DNA of 64,000 bases from Octopus bimaculoides (taxonomy: Eukaryota), in the NCBI RefSeq assembly GCF_001194135.2, contig NC_068987.1:87993520-88057519 (forward strand), written 5' to 3'. The translations under genes were made by a program, and so were the position numbers. This document shows positions 26,388 through 38,457 of the stretch, in pieces. Numbering within the stretch: the stretch's first letter is position 1; each line of letters begins with the position of its first letter. Under the pieces are notes generated by a model that saw only the letters and a program-made list of their open reading frames with translations, did no database searches and was not told the origin of the DNA.

Positions 26388-26428
<41 letters not shown>

Positions 26429-26573
26429 TCGAAAAATACCTTAGGAATGAGAACCCAGGTTTGAAATTTCTCCAAGACACCTGATGAAGGCTGGAGGGTA
26501 TATCAGCCGAAACGTTGTGTTAACTACAAACAAGATGAGGACAAATATCTGTCAAATGTAAATAATGTAAATA
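26377..26573 (+). mobile_element. Family D SINE, inverted head-less partner copy
   Basis: ggcagtgactcg(aat)n acatcgaaaaataccttaggaatgag...caaatgtaaataatgtaaat, lying head-to-head with 26127-26373. Confidence 0.85.
26476..26521 (+). ncRNA. Minimal type-I hammerhead ribozyme-like motif
   Basis: Stem I GACAC/GTGTT, core CTGATGA (26481-87), stem II GGCTG/CAGCC, GAA, palindromic stem III ACGT (26512-15), cleavage triplet GTT ending at 26516. Confidence 0.7.
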
Positions 26574-26630
<57 letters not shown>

Positions 26631-26720
26631 CAGCAGCAGCAGCAGCAGCAGGAGTTGCAATAGCACATCACTGCATCCACTATTTGTTTGTTTGTGAGTC
26701 CCTACTGTTCCAGCCGCATG

Positions 26721-27098
26721 GAGATGCAATGGCCCAGTGGTTAGGGCAGCGGATTCACGGTCATAGGATCGCGGTTTCGATTCCCAGACCAGGCGTTGTG
26801 AGTATTTATTGTGCGAAAACACCTAAAGCTCCATGAGGCTCCGGCAGAGGATGGTGGCGAACCCTGCTGTACTCTTCCACCACAATTTTCTCTCACTCTT
26901 ACTTCCTGTTTTTGTTGTGCCTGTAATTCAAAGGGTCAGCCTTGTCACACTGTGTCACGCTGAATAACCCTGAGAACTGCATTAAGGGTACACGTGTCTG
27001 TGGAGTGCTCAGCCACTTGCACGTTAATTTCACGAGCAGGCTGTTCCATTGGTCGGATCAACTGGAACCCTTGACGTCGTAAGCGACGGAGTGCCAAC
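26721..27098 (+). mobile_element. tRNA-headed SINE family C, near full length
   Basis: A box tggcccagtgg, B box ggtttcgattccc, body cctaaagctccatgaggctccggcag...gacggagtgcc, (AAC)n tail. Confidence 0.85.
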
Positions 27099-27899
27099 AA
27101 CAACAACTGTTTCAGCCAGATGATGCCTTTACACCACTCAGGAGACAACCCTCCAGATAAGGGGTCTGCTTTGGTCCAGTCGTTGCTAGTGAGGGTTTCA
27201 TGAGGTCAGAGGACAAATCCTACCTCCACCTCTTTTGGTCGCCCTTTATGACAAGCAGAGGAAATGTTGGATTTATTCTTTGACATGCCAGTCCCTGCAC
27301 GGCACTAGAACAACATGAAGTGAAGGATTTTGCTCAAGAACACAATATGTTGCTTGGTCCAGGAATTGAACTTATGATCTGGTGATCATAAATGTAGCAC
27401 CCTCACCACCAGGCAATGTACCTTCACAAAGAGCGTGTTTTGAAGGAATTTTAGCAATCGTGTCAAAGCTCCATTGCTGGTGCATATAAAGATGCAGTAG
27501 ATGTCATTTTGAAGAATGCAAAGAAATGGTAAGCCAAGGTTGTAACCTAGATTTAAGAACCGATGGAAAATATTTCACTTCCCTTATGTTGCTAATAATC
27601 TTAGTAAAAAAAAACAAACACAGTCATCTTAAACTTGACGCCAACTTTGCGAAAGAAACAGGAAAAACCATTCCAAAGCATCCTCTCCAATTATATTATT
27701 TGGTGCCATGGTAAACTATATTAAGCAACAGATTAGTGCTGCCACAAGCCAAATGCAACTTCATCAAATTTCATATTGGAGCTGTTGTTTAGTCCCAAGT
27801 TAGCCATGGTTGAGCAAGCTTATGACTAAAGGCATTCCAGATATGACCATCCCAAGTTACTTTCAAACAATGTATCAAGGACTATGCACACACATAATC

Positions 27900-28265
27900 A
27901 TCATTATCATCATCATCGTTTAACGTCCGCTTTCCATGCTAGCATGGTTTGGACGATTTGACTGAGGACTGGTGAACCGGATGGCAACACCAGGCTCCAA
28001 TCTGATTTGGCAGAGTTTCTACTGCTGGATGCCCTTCCTAACGCCAACCACTCCGAGAGTGTAGAGGATGCTTTTACNNNNNNNNNNAGAGTTTCTACTG
28101 CTGGATGCCCTTCCTAACGCCAACCACTCCGAGAGTGTAGAGGATGCTTTTACATGCCACCGGCACGAAGACCAGTCAGGCGGTACTGGCAACGGCCACG
28201 CTCAAAATGGTGTATTTTACGTGCCACCTGCACAGGAGCCAGTCCAGCGGCACTGGCATGATCTC
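27900..28265 (-). mobile_element. RTE LINE 3'UTR copy, young (CpGs intact)
   Basis: Reverse complement of the 3762-4232 type; contains a 66-bp duplication across a 10-N gap. Confidence 0.8.
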
Positions 28266-28367
28266 GCTCACACACATACATACACATTAACACACATATA
28301 CATACACACATACATGTTTGTCCATCAGAGTGAAAGGGCCATCGAGTTACGCAAAAGATGATTGGTA

Positions 28368-28502
28368 AATTGTGTGGTAACTTGTGTGGTAACTTGTGTG
28401 GTAACCTGTGTGGTAACCTGTGTGGTAACTTGTGCGGTAGCATGTGTGGTAACTTGTGTGGTAATTGATGATGATGATGATGTGTGGTAACTTGTGTGGT
28501 AG
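28368..28502. repeat. 12-bp minisatellite (TGTGTGGTAACY) x about 10
   Basis: tgtgtggtaacttgtgtggtaacttgtgtggtaacctg..., interrupted once by (GAT)n. Confidence 0.9.
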
Positions 28503-28925
28503 CTTTGTTTTAAGTGAAGAAGAGTTGCATACCATCAACCTCTTTCGTCCAAAACCATCTTCAATCCAGAAGTAAGACCAGGTCAAGACAACTGGAGACA
28601 GGAACAGATGCAGCAGATGACCAAGATGTCTTGCCTGACCTTGTCTTGCTGTCTGCTGTCCACAGTGTGCTGCTGTGGTTGCCTTCCCTTCTGTTGAACC
28701 ATCACGGTTCCTACCACAGAGTCAGACAAATAGTCTTCACATACATTGGTAGGCAATTCCAGGACATGCCAGTTAACCGGTAGCTGGGACTTTGACAGAT
28801 GCTACAACTCCTGAGCAGAGTAGACCTGGGGACAACAGTGACGAAGAAGTGGGTCCACAATCCTCAGAAACCCAGAAACTCATGAATCAAGGTCCCACTA
28901 CTGGATGCAGTTTAAAGTCATGCTC

Positions 28926-28961
<36 letters not shown>

Positions 28962-31900
28962 GGTGCTATGTAAAAAGTACCCATTCTACTCTGTAAAGTA
29001 GTTGGCATTAGGAAGGGCATCCAGCCACAGAAACCATGCCAAAGCTGATACTGGAATTTGGTGCGGTCCCTGGCTTTACCAGCTGCTGTTAAACCATCCA
29101 ACCCATGCCAGCATGGAAAACAGACACTAAATGATGATAATGATATATACACTCACATATATTTTCTTATTTCCTTTCATTGTCACATGTGTCCACTGAT
29201 TGTAAAACAGGACAGTATCTTTTATTTGCACCATACCAAAGAACCGTATCCAGGTTTCTAAGCATGTCCGGACATGTTGCATGATTTTTGTCAACCAAAT
29301 GACTTCCAAAAAGTGTTGTTTGTTTCTAGATTTCCATGTAAACATGATTGAGCTATTTTTGTTCAATTGACTGAGAGATTAATAAGTCAGGTGGAAGCAG
29401 GTGATGGCGGCGGTGGTGGGTGGGGTAACAGAAAGAGCAACAAGCTGTAAAAACTAACTCTGCTGCCACATGCTCTCGTCTGACCCATGCAAGCATGAGA
29501 AAGTAGACACTGAAACAACGATGGGGAAGATGATGAAAAGGAGGATCAAGAGGAAGGAGATGACGAAGGAGAAGGAGAAGGAGGAGGGGGAGGCGTGGGG
29601 AGGGGAAGGGAGGGGAGGAGGAGGAGGAGATGGTGATGATNNNNNNNNNNNNNNNNNNNNNNNNNNNNNNNNNNNNNNNNNNNNNNNNNNNNNNNNNNNN
29701 NNNNNNNNNNNNNNNNNNNNNNNNNNNNNNNNNNNNNNNNNNNNNNNNNNNNNNNNNNNNNNNNNNNNNNNNNNNNNNNNNNNNNNNNNNNNNNNNNNNN
29801 NNNNNNNNNNNNNNNNNNNNNNNNNNNNNNNNNNNNNNNNNNNNNNNNNNNNNNNNNNNNNNNNNNNNNNNNNNNNNNNNNNNNNNNNNNNNNNNNNNNN
29901 NNNNNNNNNNNNNNNNNNNNNNNNNNNNNNNNNNNNNNNNNNNNNNNNNNNNNNNNNNNNNNNNNNNNNNNNNNNNNNNNNNNNNNNNNNNNNNNNNNNN
30001 NNNNNNNNNNNNNNNNNNNNNNNNNNNNNNNNNNNNNNNNNNNNNNNNNNNNNNNNNNNAGCAGCAGTAGCAACAACAACAACAACAACAATTAACTAAG
30101 GTGATGCAGTAATTGTGATATAACAAAAAAATAAATAAATAATTTAATGGTTTAAAATTTCAGCACAAGGCCAGCAATTTCAGGAGAGTGTGTAAGGCTG
30201 TTTACGTTGACCCCAGTCTTCATCACCACCACTACCACCACCACCACCACCACCACCATCACCACCATCATCATCATCATCATCCAGTGTTTTAAATCCA
30301 GGTTTTGTCTCCATTAACAGGGGTAGCTGGATCTACCTCAATACCATAGCAACCAAGGTAGGCAGGTGCAGCCCACTCCCAACCTTTGGGCTGGCCGGTG
30401 CCCATTCACCTTTGCTTTCATGAGGCTTTTTTTGAAACGGGATTTTCTACAGTTACCATTTACCAAATTCATTCACAAGGTATCGGTCAGCCCAGGATTG
30501 TAGTAGAAAACATTTAGCCAAGGTACCATGCAGTGGGACCAAACTCAAAATCCCGTGGTTGCAAAGTGTGACCCTTTTTAACCACACAACCACGTCTCTG
30601 CCCCTTTTCTCTTTATAAAGAAAGACGAACTCATTCACACAGACATATATAAGTGTGTGTTCATATCAACTGATGCTCTTCCGATAAGATGTAAGATGCA
30701 GGAAGGAGTAGTGATGTCGCATAAGATTTCACTGCTCTTTCATTGGAGACATGTTTGAGGCAAACACTTGTAACGTGAGAGATTAGAAAAGGGAGACATT
30801 GAAAATAAGTCGGGGAAAATCTAGTAGACATTTAAAACAAGATTTGCAAAAATGGAAATAATAATAATAGTAATAATAGTAATAATAATAATGACGATGA
30901 TGATGGAAAGAAGAAGGGAGAAGAAAGAAAAGAAGAAATGAAAGCAAGGAAGTAAAAGAAAAGAGAAGAAATGGAAGAGGAAGACGAAGAGGGTTGCCGA
31001 GACATATTTTGTTCATAAAACTAGAACAGGAAAATGAAAATTAAAAAAAAACTGCTAAAAAAAACAATCAGGAACTCTGTGAACTTAGAGGCTTGTTATT
31101 TATACTAACTTAATATAAGAAAGCTTATAAGTGTAATGCAGAGGCCAGTTAGTTTCTTAATTCTTCAAATATTAAATGTGTTTAACACTGACATAACTGG
31201 AGAATTTTATATGGTAAATCAGTGGCATGGCGGAAAATAGGGTGGGTTGCTAAGGCATCTGATAGAATTCCTTGGCAGTATTTAGTTTCACTTCTTTGAA
31301 CTCAGAGTTCAAATATTGCCAAAGTCAAATTTGTCTTCCATCTTTGAAGAGGTGCTTTGTACTAGTTGAGTCCCAAGGTTGATCCTCCCTCTCCCCACCC
31401 CACCCCCTCTCTCTGGCTTAGCAGCGTTTCTTCCAACTCTTTATGATTTAAGTCAAGGTCCTGTTGTGAAGTCATCTTTGCCTTTTGTCCCTTTTGGGGT
31501 TTGATAAAATAAAGTACCAATCAAGTACTGGCATCAATGAAATCGACTTAACCCCTTCGTTCAAAACTGTTGGCCTTGACCCCCTGCAAGGGGCCAATGT
31601 CCTGTTCAAGGAGAATGATGTAATCTCAGTCACTTATACACCATGGAATGTGAGCCTTAAGAGTATTAGAGCTCAAGAAAAAAAGAAAAAAACAGTACAG
31701 TGCAAAGGGTCATGTGAGACTAGTCACAGCATCTGTAATGTTAAGAAAGGGTAGGAGATGCTAATGGGGTAATTTTGAAAATCTCTGGAGATCTATCTTG
31801 ATAGAGTTTCCCATGCTCCATGACTTAGCCATTCCAGATGATGATGAAAACAGTAGACTGAGGAATTACTGATTCAACTTCACTGATAAAATTTTTTTTA

Positions 31901-32509
31901 ATTATTTAAATTGTAAAATTAATTTTATGTGATGAGGCAGAAGAACAATCTAACATTTGAACAGAACCTTTTTCCAAAAAGGAATAAATTGTCATAATTC
32001 ACTTGGGAAATGCAAGCATAAGGCCACCCTGCCTGGTGAAGTTGTATCAACAGAGATGCCACCACGTACGGACAGAACAAGTTTGAAGGAACACAAAGAA
32101 AACGTGGACCATGTATGTTTAGAGCCAAATCCTTCCTTCAGACCCAACAGACCACCAGTGCTTGACCTGTGATAGAGCCTTTCGAGCAAGTATCAGACTA
32201 ATTGTCCACAGCCAGACGCACAGAGCCCTGTCGTCTCCTTGGTTATCATCATCAACAACAGATGAACTTGTAATAATAATAATAATTACCATTCCAAATT
32301 TACCTCAGATCAAAACTTAATGTTAAAAAAATAAAGGACGTATTAGTCAATGTAGTCTAAGATATACTACAGCTAGAAAAAAATGGGATGGTCATAAGTG
32401 GAGCACATTAGTCATAGATCTGCCTGATAAGGGTTGATCAAGGGGTCAAACAAGAACAGAAAAATAAAAAGAATTAGGGTTAGTTACAAAGCCAATTCTC
32501 CTACTTGCT

Positions 32510-33190
32510 TCAGTCAATGGACTGTGGCCATGCTGGGGCACCACCTTGATGGGTTTTAGTCAAACAAATCAACTTCAGCACTTATTTTTAAATCTAGTAC
32601 TTATTCTATTGGTTCTCTTTTGCTGAACTGTTAAGTCATAGGGATGTAAACATACCAACACTGGTTGTCAACTAGTAGTGGGGGGGGGGCTAACATAAAG
32701 ATACAACAGGCATCCACACAGTCTCCATTAACCAAATTCATCTACAAAGCCTTGGTTGACCTTGGGCTGTAACAGAAGATACTTGCCCAAGGTGCTGTGC
32801 AGTGGGACTGAACCTGAACCCCCACAGTTACAAAACAAGCTTTGTAACCTTGCCTAGCTTGGCTTTTCTATCAGTTACGATGACAAGGGTTCCAGTTGAT
32901 TCAATGACTAGAACAGCATGCTCGTGAAATTAACATGCAAATGGCTGAGTACTCCACAGACACGTGTACCCTTAACGTAGTTCTCAGGGAGATTCGGCGT
33001 AACACAGAGTGTGACAAGACTGGCCCCCCCTTTCAAATACAGGTACAACTCATTTTTGCCAGCTGAGTGGACTGGGGTAACGTGAAATAAGGTGTCTTGC
33101 TCAAGGACACAACACACAACTGGAAATTGAACTCACGACCTTTACAATCATGAACCAAACACTGTAACCACTAAGCTACACAACTTCACT
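32510..33190 (-). mobile_element. Adjacent degenerate SINEs (family A 32510-32830; family C-like 32870-33190)
   Basis: ctgtggccatgctggggcacc...acttgcccaaggtgc; gacaagggttccagttga...gtaaccactaagcta. Confidence 0.65.
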
Positions 33191-33472
33191 TTGTAACCAC
33201 TCAGTCATGTCTGCATTTAACGTACATATTAACTGAAGTAGTCGTATTAATTGAACAGCTTCTGGTGTGTTATCGGTAATTCTTTCATTACCTCCAAAGT
33301 AAACAGGAATCTCAACTTCAGCAGGATGTGAACAAACAATGACACATAGAATTACATATTCAACCTATTGTTTCAATGCATATTGCTCCCATCATTACCA
33401 GCATCACCATCATTTTTACATCTGCTGGTTTTTTCTTTTTTTTTTTTTTTGCCATGCTGGTATGAATTAGAC

Positions 33473-33715
33473 CAGTGGTTCTCAACCAGGGTCCATGTCA
33501 GGGGCAGACCCAAGTGGGGGCCTGAGAGGCACGTGTCCCCCTCAGGAAAAGAAGTGTGCCCTTGTAAATAATGTTATTATGCCCATTTCTCCTGGAATTG
33601 TATTCCCTTCTGATCTTGTGCCCTCCCTTAGAAAAATTCCTGGGACCGCACCTGTGCATGACCCTTGAGGGTCCTGATAAGATTTGGTTGAAATCTGTCA
33701 GCAATAAATTGGTTA
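33473..33715. mobile_element. hAT-like MITE remnant with a nested MITE (33499-33654)
   Basis: Left end CAGTGGTTCTCAACC (Charlie-type hAT end; a matching right end GTTGAGAACCACTG occurs at about 58877); the insert has inverted ends caggggcagaccca...tgggaccgcacctg. Confidence 0.5.
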
Positions 33716-34652
33716 TACTTCAACAATACATGAAATATTTTTTATCAATTATTTTTATACAAGGCATGGCTGTGTGGTAAGAAGTTTGCTTCCCAACCAC
33801 ATAGTTCTGGGTTCAAGCCCACTGCATGGCACATTGGGCTGGCCAAAGCCTTGTGAGTGGATTTGGTAGAGAGAAAAAAAAAAAAAAATTTAAGATTCAA
33901 ATTCCACCAAGGCCGATTTTTGCCTTTCATCCTTTCGGGGTCGATTAAATAAGTACCAGTTACGCACTAGGGGTCGATGTAATCAACTAAACCCCTTTGT
34001 CTGTCCCTTCTATGTTTAGCCCCTTGTGGACAATAAAGAAATAAGAAACTGAAAGAAGCTTGTCATCTCTCTCTCAGAATATATATATTTATGTGCATGT
34101 TATTTGGTTCTCACCACTATCACTTGACAACCAGTGTTGGTGTGTTTACATCCCCATAACTTAGCAGTTCAGCAAAAGAGACTGGTAGAAATAAGTGCCA
34201 GACTTTAAAAAAAAAATGAAATAATGGAGTCAATTCATTCAATTAAAACTCTTCCAGGTGGTGCCCCAGCATGGCAACAATCAAATGACTGCAACAAGTA
34301 AAAGATAAAAGCAGAAATTCCTGATAATAACCAAAGGAATACAACAAGATTTTTAAAACCGTGAATGGCTATGAGGGTCCACTCCAATAAAATAAGAACC
34401 AAAGGGGTGGAGGGGTGGAAAATGGGTGAGAACCAGTGGATTGGATGAAAGTTGCTGAAGCAGATTTTCTGCAAAGAGATGCAGTTCCTGCCGCCATCCC
34501 TCACTTGTTTTTCAAGTAAGGTATTTTTATTGCTTTGGTCTTCGCATGTCAGAAGCCATTTAAAGTGAGGAACATTTGTTTATGTGAGAATGTACACAGC
34601 CATCTTTGTTCAAGCAATGTTATTGAAGACATCGTGGAAACAATATTCACAA

Positions 34653-34730
<78 letters not shown>

Positions 34731-34734
34731 CATC

Positions 34735-35310
34735 ATCATTTAACGTCCGCTTTCCATACTAATGCTAGTATGGAAAGCGCTGAGAACTGGCAAGCCAGAA
34801 GGCTGCACCAGGCTCCAATCTGATCTGGCAGAGTTTCTACAGCTGGATGCTCTTCCTAACGCCAACCACTCCGAGAGTGTAGTGGGTGCTTTTACGTGCC
34901 ACCAGCATGAGGGCCAGTCACACGGTACTGGCTACGGCCACGCTACACATTCATATATACATATATGAAGGTGCATGGCTCAGTGATTAGAGCATCGGGC
35001 TCACAATCATGAGGTAGTGAGTTTGATTCCTGGACCATGTTGTGTGTTGTGTTCTTGAGCAAGACACTTTATTCCACGTTGTTCCAGTTCACTCAGTTGT
35101 AGAAATGAACTGCGACGTCACTGGTGCCAAACTGTATCAGCCTTTGCCTTTTCCTTGGACAGCATCGGTGGCATGGAGAAGGGAGGCTGATACGCATGGG
35201 CGACTGTTGGTCTTCCATAAACAACCTTGCCTAGACTTGTGCCTCAGAGGGGAACTTTCTAGGTGCAATCCTATGGTCATTTCTGACCGAAAGAGGTCTT
35301 TACCCTTTAC
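34735..35310. mobile_element. RTE 3'UTR (-, 34735-34945) next to a tRNA-headed SINE with a ttgagcaagacactt body (+, 34965-35310)
   Basis: tttaacgtccgctttccat...ggtgcttttacgtgcc; ggtgcatggctcagtgattagagc...gagtttgattcc. Confidence 0.7.
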
Positions 35311-35379
35311 CATGGTGGTTGTCTACTCCGCATACAGAGTCTGACCACCTCAAGTACTTACGCCTTAGATCCACCATGG

Positions 35380-35765
35380 CGTCTGATGTGGCTTTTTAAA
35401 CCAAGCAATGTATTGAAAAGACACCCACATAGATTGCATATCTGCTTTGGACCACCAAGAGCTGCAGTTAAGTTCTGATCTTAATGGATCCTAAAATGTC
35501 TTTTGAGGCCTCCGTTAGATTTGCAGACCTTACGGCATACAAAGTATTGGAAAGTGTGCACAGATATATAGGCAGAATAGTTGGTGGAGGTTCGTTTTTT
35601 GATGTGTCTGCAAATGAATTTTGAACCCAGCAAAAGAAAGGCGTGGTCTGTCATAAACTGTCCCCACAAAAAGATCACTGAGATTCACCTTCTCGATTGC
35701 AACATTCTTCCTTAAATCTCTCTTAAGTCTTGCATGTGTTATCCTGGCCTCCTTAAAAGCTTTCA
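35380..35765 (-). pseudogene. Non-LTR retrotransposon ORF2 C-terminus with C2H2-like finger remnants
   Basis: Frames read ...YDRPRLSFAGFKIHLQTH and FVCRKVCKSNGGLKRHFRIH, typical of the C-terminal finger of some RTE-like LINEs. Confidence 0.55.
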
Positions 35766-35811
35766 CTCCACTCCGCCCTTTACCATACATACATACATAC
35801 ATACATATATA

Positions 35812-36010
35812 TATGGGAGAATTTACGAAGAAAACAACAGATGAAGACAGGTGGTATAAACAACAAATGGATGTATTAGTTTAACGCTTGGGAATAGAGA
35901 AAGTCTTTGACGTTTCGAGCTACGCTCTTCAACTGAAAGGAACACAGAAAGAAACAAGGAGAGAAACAAGGAGATAAAAAAATATAAATGTAGTGGTCAG
36001 CGATCTATCA
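35812..36010 (-). mobile_element. Repeat homologous to 58530-58700 with an HHR-like motif at 35905-35939 (Penelope-like terminus?)
   Basis: Minus strand CTTT CAGTTGA A GAGC GTA GCTC GAA ACGT C AAAG. Confidence 0.5.
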
Positions 36011-36012
36011 TG

Positions 36013-36044
<32 letters not shown>

Positions 36045-36046
36045 AT

Positions 36047-36247
36047 GATTTTCTTTGCTGTCATGGCATTAAAGCAAACCATTTTTGCATCGTATTGTTA
36101 TGTGTGATGAAAAATAGATTCTGTTTAACAATAGCAAGTGTTCTGCACAGTGGTTTGGTTGGAGAGAGACGAAGCGCCAAAACACAATCCAAAAAAGAAT
36201 ATTCACCAAAAAAAGCTAATGGTGTCTGTTTGGTGGTCCAGCGCTGG
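36047..36247 (+). repeat. Inverted duplication of mariner segment 36676-36871
   Basis: About 196-bp near-identical inverted arms (one 5-bp indel, at least one substitution); encodes the FLHRIVMCDEK...LMVSVWWSSAG region. Confidence 0.9.
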
Positions 36248-36249
36248 AT

Positions 36250-36665
36250 GTAACAGCAAAATTGTCATGCTCACAAATTCTTAAAACTTTTTAAAACCAA
36301 TAAGCTTATCAATTTGCAATTTTCCATGTTTTGCAGGTAAGATGACTGGCCATATTGACACCAATTTTTGTAAGAATCAGTGAAATACACATTGAGATAT
36401 TAAGCTAGAAAGAGAACAGGCTGAAATCGTTTTGTGCCAGCCTCACCATGTCTTCCCAACTGAACAATGTTGAAAAGGCTAAGATCATCCAGACCTTCAG
36501 TAATGGTGTCAACATCCATTCTCTAGCTTCATTCTCTTCAAAGTCCATTCAAGAATCATCAAGAGAACTGTGAATACTGGATATGAAAACTGGATCAGGA
36601 GGTCATAACTGCAAGAAGGGTCATCATTTCAATCTGGAGTTGAAGAGATCAATCATGAAGCTGTA
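36250..36665 (+). pseudogene. Possible Tc1-like transposase 5' fragment
   Basis: MSSQLNNVEKAKIIQTFSNG... resembles the first helix-turn-helix of Tc1 transposases; frameshifted. Confidence 0.35.
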
Positions 36666-37444
36666 GTGGACAACACCAGCGCTGGACCACCAAACAGACA
36701 CCATTAGCTTTTTTTGGTGAATATTCTTTTTTGGATTGTGTTTTGGCGCTTCGTCTCTCTCCAACCACTGTGCAGAACACTTGCTACTGTTAAACAGAAT
36801 CTATTTTTCATCACACATAACAATACGATGCAAAAATGGTTTGCTTTAATGCCATGACAGCAAAGAAAATCAAGTTTAAAGACAACATGTCATTTGAGGT
36901 TCATTCAATTCATGTGGCACCCACTTGCGCAGCTTCTTTACTTTGCCGATTTGTTTCAGACGGTCCAATACAGTTGGAATCAAAACATCAAACCTTGCAG
37001 CTAACTCATGTGTAGTTGGAAATGTATCCACTTCCACTGCAGTTTCCAGCTCATCATTATCCACCTTCTTCTCAGGTCTACCACAGGGCTGATTTTGAAG
37101 AGTAAAGTCATCAGACCGGAACTTCTCAGACCATTGATGTACAGTGTGCTCATTTGCCACCAATCACCTCATTGATGTTTCAAGCTGTCAGGTATGCATT
37201 GGTTCCACGACAGAACTTATATTCATAAAACAACACAAATTTTTGATCTATCCATGGGTTCACAACAGTCGGTTTACAAGAGAAAACTCACAATATAAGC
37301 AGACGCCATGAACTGCATTTCGAAAAGTGATGATGTAACTCTTCAATGTTGTAAAACAAAGAATTGTCAGGATAAAACATTAGAGTTAACGACTGTCAAA
37401 TTTGGTGCATAAGAAAATCGGACATGTCATACTTAATGGCCTGA
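36666..37444 (-). pseudogene. Mariner transposase remnant with 5' TIR
   Basis: ORF 36876-37163 contains GRP and WVPHEL; first catalytic D in IVMCDEK; Mos1-like end TA|TCAGGCCATTAAGTATGACATGTCCG at 37446-37419. Confidence 0.9.
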
Positions 37445-38219
37445 TATCTGTGTGTGTGAGTGTGTGTGTGTGTGTATACACACATATATACACACATGCA
37501 AACATATCCACATGCATATATATATATATATATATATATANNNNNNNNNNNNNNNNNNNNNNNNNNNNNNNNNNNNNNNNNNNNNNNNNNNNNNNNNNNN
37601 NNNNNNNNNNNNNNNNNNNNNNNNNNNNNNNNNNNNNNNNNNNNNNNNNNNNNNNNNNNNNAAGCATAACATACATACATACACACACATGATGGGCTTC
37701 TTCACAGTTTCCATGAGCTAATTCTACTCACAAGACATTTTTTAGCTCGAGGCTCTAGTAGAAGACACTTGACCATTGTCACACAATAGGATTGAACTCA
37801 AAACATAGGGCTGCAAATTAACCTTCATAACCATACTGCCATGCTGCTTTACAGTGAGACATGCAACATGGATGTTTTTACAAAAAAGTGTGAGTCTGCT
37901 ACATTCATGCCTTTCCAAAGACACACTTTGTGATGAATATTTGGTGAATAAAGTGTAAAACCTGCCACAATGATAAAGATATCTTTATATTAGACAGACT
38001 TCTTATGCAAGCAAACAGCAATCAAACCTCCCTCACATTCCGTTCTATGACTAGACACAGGGGTTGTTAAGAAGTCTGTTTTCCAACCGCATGGTTTTAG
38101 GTTCAGTCCTTTGGATAGTATGTTGGGCAAATGTCTTCTAATATAACCTCAGATTGACCAAAGTTCTGTAGGTGGATTTCGTAGATGAAAACTGAAAAAG
38201 CCTACTGTATATATACATA

Positions 38220-38435
38220 CAGGGTGGCCAAAAAATAGGTTTACAGTTATTCAACTATCTTTTTCGCATTCATATATTAACAGTTTAGATCTTAATTATA
38301 AAAAAATATGAAACCATTATTCTATGCTTGCTAATTTAGTTAATTGTAAGATAGAAAATTAAATGTACTAAAATGCCTTAAAAGAAATTTAAAGTTCCTA
38401 CGTGATAACTGTAAACCTACTTTTGGGCCACCCTG
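38220..38435. mobile_element. Tc1/mariner MITE, copy 1
   Basis: TA|CAGGGTGGCCAAAAAATAGGTTTACAGTTAT ... ATAACTGTAAACCTACTTTTGGGCCACCCTG|TA. Confidence 0.9.
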
Positions 38436-38457
38436 TATGTATGTACATATGTGGGTA

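Noticed and set aside
28012-28153. 66-bp direct repeat
   Set aside because: Exact duplicate either side of a 10-N gap; assembly overlap.
28514-28930. GC-balanced block with short ORFs (also about 3300-3700 and 31957-32172)
   Set aside because: No recognisable motifs or consistent splice signals; probably old transposon debris, left unannotated.
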